Source of the DNA: Macrostomum lignano
Lineage: Eukaryota
NCBI GenBank assembly: GCA_002269645.1
Contig: NIVC01002176.1
Span: forward strand, 131,910 to 195,909
DNA length: 64,000 nt
Direction of reading: 5' to 3'
This document shows, piece after piece, positions 12,591-29,569 of this stretch (position 1 is the first letter of the stretch; every line of letters starts with the position of its first letter). Under the pieces are notes generated by a model. That model had not been told where the DNA came from and searched no databases. It saw nothing but the letters and a program-made list of their open reading frames with translations. The position numbers and the translations under genes are program-made.

Positions 12591-14005
12591 GCACAATCGT
12601 GTGCGCAGGTAGGGTACTAAAATATATTCATGCCTCATAAGTTATAGTAATTCCACTGACATAAGAGATCTGCTCAGCCGCCAGCTTACCGAGGCAAGCA
12701 GCAGGTAGCGAACAGCCAATACAATACTGTTGTTTTGCGAACGGCAGAACCCAGCGTGAGGTCCTCACCTTCGCCGAGAGCGTTTAATTAACACTGCAGT
12801 TTCTTGTCGCAAGCTGCCACTTCAGTCCGACCGACAGGTTCTGTATAGCGGCTACCTTGGAGTTGGTAGTAGCCCACCCGCGGGGTCGTGAAATCTTTTA
12901 ATTGTAGGATGTTGGTCAGCAACTACGAGAACACTGCGAAATGCTAAATGCTAAATGCTAAATGCTATTTGTTTGCTGTAAAAGAACTAACCAGATTTGA
13001 ATTGAATGTTGATGCAAAAATTCATGCACTACAGTGTATAAAATGACTTTCGAAGCTAGAAACAACCTTCAATGAAAATGAGTCAACTCTATAGTTGTCC
13101 ATGCCATTGCTAAATAGCATTTATCGCTATATAGTAGAAACATTATTCTACAGAGTACAACTGCGCAGCCCCGATGCAGAAGCATTCTCAACTCAAGCAA
13201 AGTCACGTAACCGCATCGGGCGCCACCTGGCACCGCTGAGGCAGCCATGAGAAAGGCTGACCTACTGAGTGTGTTTACATTCACGTGCGGTCCCTTGACT
13301 TTCCTTGCTACTCTGCTGAGCTCTGGGACTCCCAGAACGCGGCCGACGCCGGGGAGGGTTTTTAGAAAGACTTTCGCAGAAAGTCGAACAAATTAAAATA
13401 ATGAGAAAAGAATATCTAGCTCAAGTAGAGGCGGCGCTGCAATTCAGAGCTTGAGAGTTTAACTGCTGGCTCGAGTAGGGAGTGGTGGGTGACTGTCCGC
13501 CCCCCTAACAATGCCTCTCGTCTCTGCAGCTTCTCAGGCTACATCTGCTACTCGCAGCATGGGGCCAGCTCTGCTCTCTGCCTTTCTCGAGTCAGGGCCC
13601 CGCAAGATTTGTTTTTTCAAGCGGAATCTCAACCCTCTCGCCAGCACCAGCCGAGCTCCTCTACCCACTGCCGCCCGCCAATCGCTACTTTGCTTTGAAA
13701 CCTTTTTGGGACTGCTCAAAAAATGAAACAGAACAGAACGCAAAACCCCAAATGCAGCAGCAGCCCAACCGTCGCCTCTAAACAGTAGCCGGCTATTATA
13801 GTTGTAATAAAACTGCCTGTCTTCGAGGGGCCAGTCAGAAGCGCAGCGGTGAGAAAGACAGAAAAAAGGGGCGAGTCAGAGAAGATTGACAGACCTATAT
13901 TGCATTCCAAACTAAGGTGAGCTGCCTACAGGCGATTAAGCAGACAAAAGGCAGTGAAATCAATTGCGACAAACCTCTGCTGTTGAGACTGATGGCACGC
14001 TAGAC

Positions 14006-15217
14006 ATGACGTCAGTTAGCAGCGGCCATGACGGCGGCAATGGCAGTGCCGAAATCAAGTACTACCTGAAGTTCGCCATCAACATACCCTACAGCGACGT
14101 GAAGCGCATGCTGGAAACTGACACCCGCCTGCTGTACTCGCTCAAAGACTGCTCCAGAGCAGGCAGAGTGAACTGGAAGCTGAAGCTCTACCAGCACCGG
14201 GGCACCGATCAAAGCTACCTGGCGCTCTACCTGAAATTCGAGCCTCAGGTGTGCACAGACGGCGTCAGCTGCACCACGGAATTCTCCGTGCGTCTGACAG
14301 GTCCCGACAATCGCAGCGTGGAGCGCCAGAGCTCGAGCCCGCGGCAGTTCAGCAAGGCGGACGACAGCTGGGGCTGGTCGCAGTTCACTGCCACCGATGA
14401 GCTCGGCAGCTTCGTCAGCGCGCCAGACGGATCGGAAGTGCTGCGACTTAGCGGCGTCATCAAGATCTACGAGTCCTCAAAGCTGCTCTACCCGAGAAGG
14501 AGGCACAATTTCACTCGGGCGCAGAACGGCGCGGACTTTCGCATCCAGGTCGGGCAGGTCACCTTCCATGTGCACCGAACTGTTCTGGTGCTCAACTCGG
14601 ACTATTTTGCCGCCTTGTTCTCGCGTCCAGACTCTGAAGTGGCGCGCAGCGGCCTGATGACTCTGCTAGACGAGAAGGTTCAGGACGTCCACCTGATGCT
14701 GCAGTTCATGTACCCCGGCTACAGTCGCGTCCTGGAGGAGTCCACTCTGCTGCCGCTGAGCTCCCTGGCCTCGAAGTTTCAGTTGCACAGCCTGACCTGG
14801 TCCTGTCTGCAGTTCGTCGATACCCAGCTCAGTAGCGAATCGGTCGAGCCTGAGAAGGCCATGAAGTACTATTTTATCTGCATCCGCTGGCTGCGGTGCC
14901 CTGACCTCGCCGAGCAGTGCGTCCGGTCCGTGTCTGGACAGCCGTGGGCCCGCGTCAAGGCGGCACCGCACTTTCGCCAGCTGGACGAGCCGGAGCGGGC
15001 CGCCTTTCTTGAGGCCTTTCTCGACTTCAAAGAGGACCGCCGCCGGGCGCCCTCCGCTGCTGCTCCTGCGGAGGCTGGCGGTGAAAACGGCGATTTCGAT
15101 GGAGCCAGCGCGGAAACTGAAAGCGATGGAAGGACCGGTCAGGTGAAAAGGAATGGAGTGCACGCGGATCACTCTGAGGACGAAGTGTTCCGGGATTCGG
15201 CTGATGAACTTGGCTGA
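14006..15217 (+). CDS. Intronless MATH-BTB (SPOP/TDPOZ-like) Cullin-3 substrate adaptor, 403 aa from the first ATG
   Basis: MATH motifs WKLKLY..YLALYL..SWGWSQF; BTB motifs ADF.IQVG..TFHVHRTVL..NSDYF.ALF..MLQFMY..LA.KF; acidic tail. Confidence 0.9.
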   Translation: MTSVSSGHDGGNGSAEIKYYLKFAINIPYSDVKRMLETDTRLLYSLKDCSRAGRVNWKLKLYQHRGTDQSYLALYLKFEPQVCTDGVSCTTEFSVRLTGPDNRSVERQSSSPRQFSKADDSWGWSQFTATDELGSFVSAPDGSEVLRLSGVIKIYESSKLLYPRRRHNFTRAQNGADFRIQVGQVTFHVHRTVLVLNSDYFAALFSRPDSEVARSGLMTLLDEKVQDVHLMLQFMYPGYSRVLEESTLLPLSSLASKFQLHSLTWSCLQFVDTQLSSESVEPEKAMKYYFICIRWLRCPDLAEQCVRSVSGQPWARVKAAPHFRQLDEPERAAFLEAFLDFKEDRRRAPSAAAPAEAGGENGDFDGASAETESDGRTGQVKRNGVHADHSEDEVFRDSADELG

Positions 15218-15350
15218 CTTGGTGGTGTAAATACGATTATTGTACTGATTTTGTGATCTTTCATCCCTACATAAAACTAGATTTATGCAGCCTTTTAACC
15301 TAATTTTTTCTTGTAAATTTATCTGTATGTACTTTTATTTGGCGTTGCCA

Positions 15351-15656
15351 GCTGTATTACTGTGTCCGATACCTGCTGTATTAGTGTGTCCGATGTCTGC
15401 TGTATTACTGTGTCCGACTGCTGTATTACTGTGTCCGATGTCTGCTGTATTACTGTGTCCGATGTCTGCTGTATTAATGTGTCCGATGTCTGCTGTATTA
15501 CTTTGTCCGATGTCTGCTGTATTACTTTGTCCGATGTCTGCTGTATTACTTTGTCCGATGTCTGCTGTATTACTTTGTCCGATGTCTGCTGTATTACTTT
15601 GTCCGATGTCTGCTGTATTACTGTGTCCGATGTCTGCTGTATTACTGTGTTACTGT
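15351..15656. repeat. 24-bp tandem repeat (TCTGCTGTATTACTGTGTCCGATG), about 13 copies
   Basis: Direct periodicity. Confidence 0.95.
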
Positions 15657-16101
15657 GTCGGCTGCAACCCCAATGGCCTCTGTAATATATGACCCAGCCA
15701 ATCTTACCATTCAGACTAGAGGCCAGTTCGTATCATTCAAGCCGTTTAAACCTAATCACAGTGACTGCATTTTAGATAATATAATACTACGAGTAAAATT
15801 AATTTCGTTTTAAGTTCAGCTTGATACAAGATATTGGAAACTGTTAGAGCGCTATGTACACTCTCCTTCTCTAACAGTATTATTTTACTGTTTTAAATTT
15901 TTAATTGAATTCATCAATTTTATTATACATATAAAAATAACGAATACATATTTTGCTGGGCTATACTCTCTGACTAGGGTGTAGCCTAATCCACCCTTCA
16001 TAGAGAAGAGTCGTGATTGGCTACCGGCAACTTTGACCGCCATGTCGGACAGATATAAAAACTCTTTATCGACTTGAAAAGCTTCCAAATTTTCTATACA
16101 A

Positions 16102-20276
<4,175 letters not shown>

Positions 20277-21189
20277 CGAAGGCTATTTATGCCGAGCTTA
20301 GACAGCTCACAGCGGTAACTAATTGAAGCGGCAACAGTTGCTATACAGCAAATTTATGTTTAATATTTTTTCTACCCCGCCTCTCATTGTATAAAATTTC
20401 TTTTTCTAAGTTGTCTGCCCCCAGCTGCTCAAGTTAAAGTGGCAAGGATTAGTTTGAAAAAAAATGGCAAAGTTTGTTTATGCATATATTGCGTTCTCAA
20501 GCACGACAACGGATAATTAATCTTGTCTGGAAGTTTCTTTTCTATGGTTGTTTGTTGCTAGAAAAGAGCTTTTAGCATCATCTTTTTAGTCAGCTAAATT
20601 CATGGAAAACTAGCTGCATGCAACTTTGCCATTAGTAATTTTCCATTGTGCATAGACTGTGCACCGAAATACACCTTTGCATTCTCTCAAGACGAGTAAA
20701 ATGCTTGAGTAGCAATCTGCACACAAATTGTATTGTTGTTTCTGACATGGTTGCAAGAGCTGAATCAGCTCAAGTTTCTGGAGAGTTCGCCTCCACAGAA
20801 AAGTCAATCAAGTTATCCAACTGATAGCAGTGTGTGTCAGTTATGAAGTACGAGCTATGTTACTAACCAACCAAGTCACTCTGCGTCCAAAGAAAGAGCT
20901 CAGAAAGTTTCCGTGCAAGACCAGCCTGACTTGATGAATTATTTAAGTGACACCTCCTACGAAGCACCTGTCTTGCTCTTGAATAATTAATTTGATTTTG
21001 AGGGACAGAGAAGTGTAGCATGTGGATTCAGATAGGAGGCGCGCCTGTCTCGGCTTCCCGCCTACGCTCACACGCAAAAAGGCGAGTCTTTCAGTGTGGC
21101 ATTCCTGAGCAAGTTGAGTAGCGTTTTTTCAACGTCTAGATGTAATAGGCAATGTCAAGCACCTTCCTCTAGGGGCGCCTTTTTCGAAT

Positions 21190-21746
21190 ATATCTATGGC
21201 TATGATGATTTCCATGGATGTGTCTATGACTAAGATGATTGAAGTGATTGTGTCTATGGCCAAGTTAATTTTCATGGATGTGTTTTTGGCCAAGACGATT
21301 GTCAGGGATTTGTCTAAAACCAATATGATTGCCATGGTTTCTATGGCCAAGATGATTGCCATGAATGTGGCTTTGCCAAAAAGATTGCCATGGATTTGTC
21401 TATGGCCAAGATGATTGTCATAGATGTGTCTTTGGCCAAGATAATTTCCATGATTGTGTCTATGGCCAAGATGATTGTCATAGATGTGTCTTTGGCCAAG
21501 ATGATTGCCATGGATGTGTCCTTGGCGAAGATGATTGCTATGGATGTGTCCTTGGCCAAGATGATTGCTATGGATGTGTCTTTGGCCAAGATGATTGCTG
21601 TGGATTTGTCTTTGGCCAGGATGATTGCTATGGATGTGTCTTTGGCCAAGATGATTGCCATGGATGTGTCCTTGGCCAAGATGATTGCTATGGATGTGTC
21701 TTTGGCCAAGATGATTGCTATGGATTTGTCTTTGGCCAAGATGATT
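21190..21746. repeat. 30-bp tandem repeat (TGGCCAAGATGATTGCCATGGATGTGTCTT)
   Basis: Direct periodicity. Confidence 0.92.
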
Positions 21747-23020
21747 TCCGTGGAGAACACGAGGTTTTTACCCAAAAAAAAAATTATATAGCGAGTAGAC
21801 CCACTACTGTTTGGGAAAACCTTCAAGCCTAACTTTAAACGAAAGCGTTTTAAAGGCCCAGAAAATGTGGCTCACTTAAACTCCGACAAGTAAACAAACA
21901 GTTTTCACTGCTCAATTTAGCACGCGATTTTTTCGGAGCCTGAGCCGCAACACAGGAAGCTCAATTCAATGGAATTGGTCAGCTGATGCAGCCGCTCAAA
22001 CAAGGAAGTGGAAAAATAATTAACGACCCACTCAGGACGCGAGGTCAAACGAGCCGACACAAGAGATTGAGGGTCTCCTTTGATGACCCTTAGCACCGAG
22101 TTCTCCTCTGGCGCTTAAAACCTCTCTTTGAGGCTGCTCCGGACACAGCGGGGCGGAAGAGCCGAAGTAGAAGCAGCGGTTGCAGCAGGTCTGAAGCAAT
22201 TTTATAGGTTCTGAGTCTTGAAAAGATTTCAAGAACGAAAGAAACTTATAGAGAAGCACAGATGATTGTATTGAAAAAGCGCTCTGATCTATATATTCAG
22301 TATTTGGAGAAATTTATTTTTCATTAGCAACTAGCGATCACTTCTGATCGCTAAACAGCTGATTGCTAAACATACAAGCGCACCAATACTGTAGGCAGTC
22401 ACGCACTCATACAAACGCTCACACGGGATGTAAAGCTGCCTTGAATTTCTATAATTGTTAGTCTCAATAGCTTGCACCCGAATCGTGAGACGAAACTCGA
22501 AAATCATGCATCTTAGACGACTATTTGCTTCTCACATAGAGAAACCGAAATTGAAGGCCAGCGAAGTCAGTCGGAGGAACTGGAAAAATCGAAGATCATT
22601 TTCTAATCTCCGCAGTCTCCAGGGTGCAGTCGGGCCGGGTGGCTTCAGAAGCAGTAACTTTCTAAGAATGAAAGCTCATCAACTTTGCTGGGCCAATTTT
22701 TCGAGTCAGGCAGCAGTGCAGGGACTTCATAGAAGTGCAAGCTCGAGTACCGGGGACTTTAGCGAAGAACAACTGAAAAAGCTAAATCAATTTACTGGGA
22801 TTTTGGTTTAGCACCGTTGTTTGTGAGTTGATTGCTTTATTATTTGACTTTTCTTTACAAGAAAGAACACTAGTGCAAAAAATTGAGTGCTGCTCTGAGG
22901 AAATGGAGAAAAAGATACATTAATTTGATGAAGATTACTTAAATTCTCGGTGAAAGTAACCCGTCAATGAACCTGAGGTGTTTCCAGTTGGTCACATCGA
23001 GTCTGATCAAGCGAGACGCT

Positions 23021-23846
23021 GAGGTGTTTGATGTGTGACTAACTGGAAGACACTGGATGGTTTGATGTGTGACTAACTGGAAAACACTGATGTGTTTGAT
23101 GTGAGACTAACTGGAAAACACTGATGTGTTTGATGTGTGACTAACTGGAAGACACAGGGATGTTTGATGTGTGACTAACTGGAAGACGCAGGGATGTTTG
23201 ATGTGTGACTAACTGGAAAACACTGGGATGTTTGATGTGTGACTAACTGGAAGACACAGGGATGTTTGATGTGTGACTAACTGAAAGACACTGGAGGGTT
23301 TGATGTGTGACTAACTGGAAGACACTGGGTGTTTGATGCGTGACTAACTGGAAGACACATGGATGTTTGATGTGTGACTAACTGGAAGACACAGGGATGT
23401 TTGATGTGTGACTAACTGAAAGACACTGGGGGTTTGATGTGTGACTAACTGGAAGACACTGGAGGGTTTGATGTGTGACTAACTGAAAGACACTGGAGGG
23501 TTTGATGTGTGACTAACTGGAAGACACTGGAGGGTTTGATGTGTGACTAACTGGAAGACACATGGATGTTTGATGTGTGACTAACTGGAAGACACATGGA
23601 TGTTTGATGTGTGACTACTGACTAACTGGAAGACACTGGGATGTTTGATTTGTGACTAACTGGAAGACACTGGGGGTTTGATGTGTGACTACTGACTAAC
23701 TGGAAGACACATGGATGTTTGATGTGTGACTAACTGGAAGACACAGGGATGTTTGATGTGTGACTAACTGGAAGACACTGGGGGTTTGATGTGTGACTAA
23801 CTGGAAGACACTGGGTGTTTGATGTGTGACTAACTGGAAGACACTG
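23021..23846. repeat. About 32-33-bp tandem repeat (GTTTGATGTGTGACTAACTGGAAGACAC plus short variable end)
   Basis: Direct periodicity. Confidence 0.93.
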
Positions 23847-24156
23847 AAGTGTTACATAAACTCGAAATTTCGCATTTAATTCCAAACTATCTACTAAATA
23901 GTAGGTGATTTTGTAGGCAACTTTACACACAGCTGTGGCACACTTTTTGCCTCCGACTTTGAATAAACTCCCTGATTATTCAAAAAAGCGGAGCATCAAT
24001 GCAGACTCTGATGCAGAGGTGCGGCTGTTTTGCCTAATTGAATTTCTGCAATTGGATTGGCTTGCAGAAATTTATTCCATAGGCTTACATAGCTAGGCTA
24101 TTTTTGCGGAAGCGATCGATTTGGAAAATACAGAAATTGTTTTTTTCCAACCTAAT

Positions 24157-24745
24157 GTCCCTTTCTCATCGCTTGCTAGCGCTCCTTTCTCATCGCTTAC
24201 TGACGCCCCTTTCTCATCGCTTGCTGGCATCGCTTGCTGGCGCTCCTTTCTCATCTCTTACTGACGCCCTTTCTAATCGCTTACTGACGCCCCTTTCTCA
24301 TCGCTTGCTGGCGCTCCTTTCTCATCGCTTACTGACGCCCCTTTCTCATCGCTTACTGATGCCCCTTTCTAATCTCTTACTGACGCCCCTTTCTCATCGC
24401 TTACTGACGCCCCTTTCTCATCGCTTACTGACGCCCCTTTCTCATCGCTTGCTGGCGCTCCTTTCTCATCGCTTACTGACGCCCCTTTCTCATCGCTTAC
24501 TGATGCCCCTTTCTAATCTCTTACTGACGCCCCTTTCTCATCGCTTACTGACGCCCCTTTCTAATCGCTTACTGACGCCCCTTTCTAATCGCTTACTGAC
24601 GCCCCTTTCTCATCGCTTGCTGGCGCCCCTTTCTCATCGCTTACTGACGCCCGTTTCTCATCGCTTACTGACGGCCAGTTCTCATCGCTTATTGGTGCTT
24701 ATTTCTAAGTTTCTTGGTGCCCCTTTTTCATCGCTTACTGGCGCC
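24157..24745. repeat. 24-bp tandem repeat (CCCCTTTCTCATCGCTTACTGACG)
   Basis: Direct periodicity. Confidence 0.93.
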
Positions 24746-25192
24746 TACGCTCGTATGTCAAATATAAACTGAAATTTATACACGAGCATGCAATTCCCTC
24801 TTCTGTATGTTTTCACAGTTGCTGAGAAATTAATTCAATAGCATGCATCTGCTATTGCTTCTATCTACACTGCTAATCGGAACTCAATGCAGTAATTCTG
24901 TGTGCTGACTGCTTACTTCCAGCGCGTGCTGGATGTTGACCGAAGGTAACATTTTTATTAAAATCCTGTCCCTTGCAGAGAGATCTGACAAAATAAATAA
25001 ATTAATTTACAGTCACAGCTACGTAAATACAGACGAGCTACGGCGCGCGCTGGGGACAGTGGACTGACTGTCCTGAGGGTCATTTTGGCAACGGTTAAGT
25101 CACACAGTTCTTTAATACCATCGCACAAATCACATGTCTTCAACGTTTTAATAAATTTTCACACCACTCTTATACTGATATACATCCTACAT

Positions 25193-25571
25193 CAGCGGTC
25201 GGCAGACTTTTTATCGAAAAAGTCCAGAGGGGGAAAGCAGGAGAGAGGAAAGAGTGAAGATAGAAGGAGGAGAGAGAGACGAGAGTAGATGGGAGAAAGG
25301 AGAGTAGAGGAAATAAAGTAGAAGAGAGGACACGAGAGAAAAGGAGAGGAGGGAGGAGCGAGGAGAGACGATGGGAGAGGAGATAAGAGAGGAGAGGAGA
25401 GAAAGGAGAGAAGGGAGAGAAGAGAGAAGAGAAGAGAGGATATAAGAGAAAAGACGGCTGAGAAGGCCGGAAACCTTTGGAGGGCCGGATTGCAGTCTTG
25501 ACGTCTCAAAGGACCCCGAGGGCCGGATAGAGAGGCTTCGTGGCTCGCGGGCCGGAGTGTGCCGACCCCTG
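25193..25571. mobile_element. Non-autonomous hAT (Charlie-like) MITE, 379 bp
   Basis: TIRs CAGCGGTCGGCAGACT / CAGGGGTCGGCACACT (14/16) with a perfect 8-bp TSD TCCTACAT (25185-25192 and 25572-25579); internal purine-rich tract. Confidence 0.9.
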
Positions 25572-26950
25572 TCCTACATACGCTCGTAAACAAGTAAATG
25601 CATACATACACACGTACAGATTTATGTTGAAGATTAAATAGAATCCCTTACCAATAGACGATGGCACAGGAGTGAATGGCATCAAAGCATATTGCTCGGA
25701 TGAGAGCTGCTAAATACAAACGATTACTAGTTTAGTTGGAGGCTATGGCGAATGGCTGGTTGGACAGGAAAAGGTCATGTCCTATATGGTACACCGGACT
25801 GCTTGCGATGTATGATCGCCGACCTTCGGTCTTGGGATTTCTTAATGACTATATGGCCATTGACTGTGGAGAGAGTAAGTATCTAAAAGAATGCCACCTA
25901 CATAACGGAGGGTTCCCGAATGGTGGAAAACAACTGCGCCCTTGCTGGAATGCCCCGGGAATTCGGCTATTTGCGGCATAAGGACACAAGTGGACGATGG
26001 ACTCCCCATGGACAATGTCGGTATGAATAACATTGAGATTAAATGCTGCCTAATGAGCTTATCAAGCAGCAAGCAAGGATGATATTGTGCCTTCTATTTA
26101 TTAATGAACTATATTTACAATTTGGTCTTGACCAATGAATTATTTAATATGTGAACGGAAAAATACAAGATGAACTTAAGCTTATCATAATAATGTTGAT
26201 TTTTCATCCTCTTTTTCAGTATGAACTACTTAATCTCTGGTTTTAAGGCGTCTTTTCCCCTCGATTCTCTTTCAAAAGATATATTTTCGTCTTCTACTGT
26301 ATACTTGGGTCGCTTTCATAGGATTGAAATTTCATAACGCCGAAAGACACCTGCCTTCACAGGACCGAAACTTTCGGAGTGAAGCGAACAGAAATGCTTC
26401 CTTGGCTGATCTCTGTAAAGCTACGGGGACATGCCAATGACGACCCTCACTCCTCATTGTAAGTATCGTGAAGTTTGTTTCAATGACGACAAAATGAATG
26501 CCCGCAGCGTCAAAATCAGTGGTAACAACAGCGATTTCCAGAATAAAATAGGAATTTTTCGCTTAGAATTCCTGGGTTTGTCTCCCCACCATTGCAATCC
26601 ATACTAGAATACTCCGCTGACAAGGTGAGGGCAGGTAAGGTATATTGTACTTTTATGCCACTATTCAGCCAAAAACGCCCACGGACTAAAGACGTTTGCA
26701 GCACAGCTTCTTGGCAGCTGCATCCATGCTAGCAGGTTCTTTAATTGGCTTCCAGTGATGGCAACTGTCGGCTCCTAATTATTGAGAAGAAAGGGGAACT
26801 CTCCTCACTTCCTCAAGCATCCACTAAAGCAGGCGACAGAATACAGTATTGGACAGCTTGGGTTTGGCAGGTCTCTTTTAAACCGAAAAAAACTGAGGTG
26901 GCAAGCTGGACAATAGTCCTGCCTCACTGCTGCTTGCTTCTAGCTGCAAC

Positions 26951-28053
26951 ATGTCCACTTGTCTCATCACCGTTTTCGCGCTCTTGAGCTGCGGGTCTCC
27001 GATTGCGGCTGCCGTCAGCTCGAAATCTGGTGGGTGCGATTGGAAATTTGATTGCAGAAGACCCAAACTGAACAAAAATAGAGTATGAAAAAATAATTAT
27101 CGCATTTCAGAGTTTTCTACTGAGGAGGTTTTGCAAACCACGACGGCTCCGATGACGTCACAGCCTGGTCGCAGCGCTGCGGACTGCGCGCTGAAATGCG
27201 AGCCCCTAGTTATGCCATACTGCTCCGCTTTCGCCTTTGTTCCTGAAAAGCAGATCTGCCTGCTCTCGGAACTGCAGAATGCGGACTTCGCGTCCGTGGC
27301 TCCCAGCGGCCCTGTCTATCGAAAGAAGAGCGACAGTGAGTTTTTGGGCCAGGGCGAGATATATGAGATGGAATTTAATATTGTAGCCCGCGTTCATCGT
27401 TTTTATTCTTTTAGAAAAGCTAGTCCAAATCAGCGGTCAATTATTCCAAGTGATCCAGCACAGATCGAAGGGAGAGCTCAGCTTTGCTCGCGGCTGGACT
27501 CAGTATGAGAACGGCTTTGAAGACGACACGGACTTCTGGATTGGTGAGGAGCGCATAAAATAGCTCGTAATTCTTTCGGACAGAATGCTTAGAGGGACAA
27601 AATATGATATCAAATAAATTTTCAGGTCTCCGTAAAATGCACGAGCTGACCGGAAGCTCTCCGAAGCTTCTGCGAGTCGAGGCCGTCACCTGGTCAAATG
27701 AGCTGTACGTCTGCGAGTACTCCGGCTTCACGGTGGCCGATGCCAGCACGAACTACACCATGACTTACACTTCGTACCTGAGCGGCAGCTCCAACACGAC
27801 CAGCAATTCGCTCGCTCATAACAATGGGATGCAGTTCTCCACCGTGGACCGAGACAATGATAAATATGGACCCGCCTGTTCCAGCGGCCGTGGAAACTCA
27901 GGTTGGTGGTTCCAAAGCTGTTCAAAGTCCAATCCGAACGGGATCTTTCACGACTCTGCTGTGAGCGGACATGCATACATGTATTGGTCAGGCGCTACCG
28001 CTGGAGGCCTAGTTGCCCTAAAGAGCATTCGACTGATGATCCATCTGGTCTGA
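26951..28053 (+). CDS. Secreted PAN-FReD protein A, 286 aa; exons 26951-27029, 27111-27335, 27415-27543, 27626-28053
   Basis: Three phase-1 GT-AG introns give an 861-nt frame. Signal peptide MSTCLITVFALL; PAN DCALKC..YCSAFAF..ICLL; FReD VIQHR..SFARGWTQYENGF..FWIGL..FST.DRDND..C..GWWF..C..SNPNG. Confidence 0.9.
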
Positions 28054-28462
28054 TGTCACGGGCATTGGATACACACTCAAGTGCAAAATTACTAAATGGA
28101 GTTCTCAGATAAGCTCTGTGATTCATTTGGGTACAAGAGTTAAGAAATGCACTGAAGATTTTTTCGCGAGGTTAATGTCGTGTTCAGATTTAACTTTTTA
28201 AGAAACTTGGAAATCTGTTAATTAACTTTAAATGAATAATTCAAACATTACTGATTGTCACTGATATCCAGCATAGCTGTGTCTGTTCGATGTTTCAACG
28301 AAAAATTGTCCATGAGTACTTAGAGAGAATACTTCAACTTTTTATGGTATTTTGTGGCTTATCACTAACTTTTTCTGCTGATTTCTAACTGATGTAGGAG
28401 TTGTGTCTCTTCAATTTTCTGACAATTCATACTTACATCTACAATAGAATCTACTGTCTCTA

Positions 28463-28579
28463 GGTGGGCACCCCTGCTGTCTCTTGGTGGACACCCCTGC
28501 TGTCTCTTGGTGGGCACCCCTGCTGTCTCTTGGTGGGCACCCCTGCTGTCTCTTGGTGGGTAACCCTACTGTCTATTAG
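28463..28579. repeat. 23-bp tandem repeat (GGTGGGCACCCCTGCTGTCTCTT), 5 copies
   Basis: Direct. Confidence 0.9.
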
Positions 28580-29569
28580 ACCCACATGAATAGAAGCCAC
28601 AGATGCCACATTGAAGAGGTTGAAGGGTGCATAAGTTGAGCTCCTGTCTTTCGTGGAGCTTGTTTGACCTCCTGTAGTTTTCTAAATAGCGCAGTTTTTT
28701 CGGGGAGATTAAAAGAGGTTGTTGAAGCCCCCCCCCATTTCCCCTTCTCCCTTTGATCGGTGCGAGCGTAGAAGTGATAAATTTTTACTTTCTTTTCTGC
28801 TTTGCTATCGTTAATTTTTTACGTCAACTTTCTTTTTTGTGTTCTATCGTGAAAATAAACAGGTATCTGCAGTTTTCTGTCTATTAGACAGCCGGTTTTT
28901 GTGACTTTGTGAATTTGTGACTTTGAGGCAATGAATGAATTATTGACACACGTTCATCGAGTTGAATGATTTTGCACAGACTCAATAGGCTTTTAGGGAT
29001 AGAACTCCTCATTAGGTGGAATTTCGTGCGTTTCAACACGCAAGGGCTGGTTGCAATTAGCAAAGCTCCATGACTTCTACAAGCTGATGAAGCGCTTAAA
29101 TATGCTATGTGTAACAATGCCGCCACAAAACCCGGCAATGTGGAGCCTCCCATATTTTCAGTTTCGAGAGCTGCAGTTAGCGACGCTAGTTTAAGAAAAA
29201 CCGGAAAACTGCATCCCAGATGCGCACACGCACTGCTGTACTGACAATGGGTTTGAAAAAGTCTTTACTGTTCAATGCGCCAACGCTCCGGTTAGACATA
29301 AGGCCCCAGAATCGATGAAACTTCCTTTAATTGGCTTCTATTCATTTGAAGCAGCTTGCGCGAAATTACCGTCCTTAAATGCAGCTGCGCCTTTGTTAAT
29401 GAGGAGATTTTAGGAGGCCTGCTTTGGAAACGCATCGACTCAAGCAGTTCAATAGCAACAACAGGTGCTTTAGGGAGGTAAAAGCGTTGAGACAAAGCCA
29501 GCAACCAGAGACAGTCGGTTTTTAGGCGAGGCAACTAAAATCGAGCGGATTCATAACCTTGCCTGCAGC

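Noticed and set aside
10920-12638. Long ORFs rich in HTATA, LQHTQ, AHAH and MSMS
   Set aside because: They are translations of simple repeats in several frames and on both strands, with no unique coding flanks.
12660-12900. GC-rich, hairpin-containing segment that might be a structured RNA or retroelement end
   Set aside because: No recognisable RNA family motif, promoter boxes or coding similarity by eye; an Rfam/Dfam search is needed.
23021-23846. Repeat array with a constant 28-bp core and variable ends, superficially CRISPR-like
   Set aside because: The variable part is only a few nucleotides, there are no unique spacers or cas genes, and the context is eukaryotic; it is a minisatellite.
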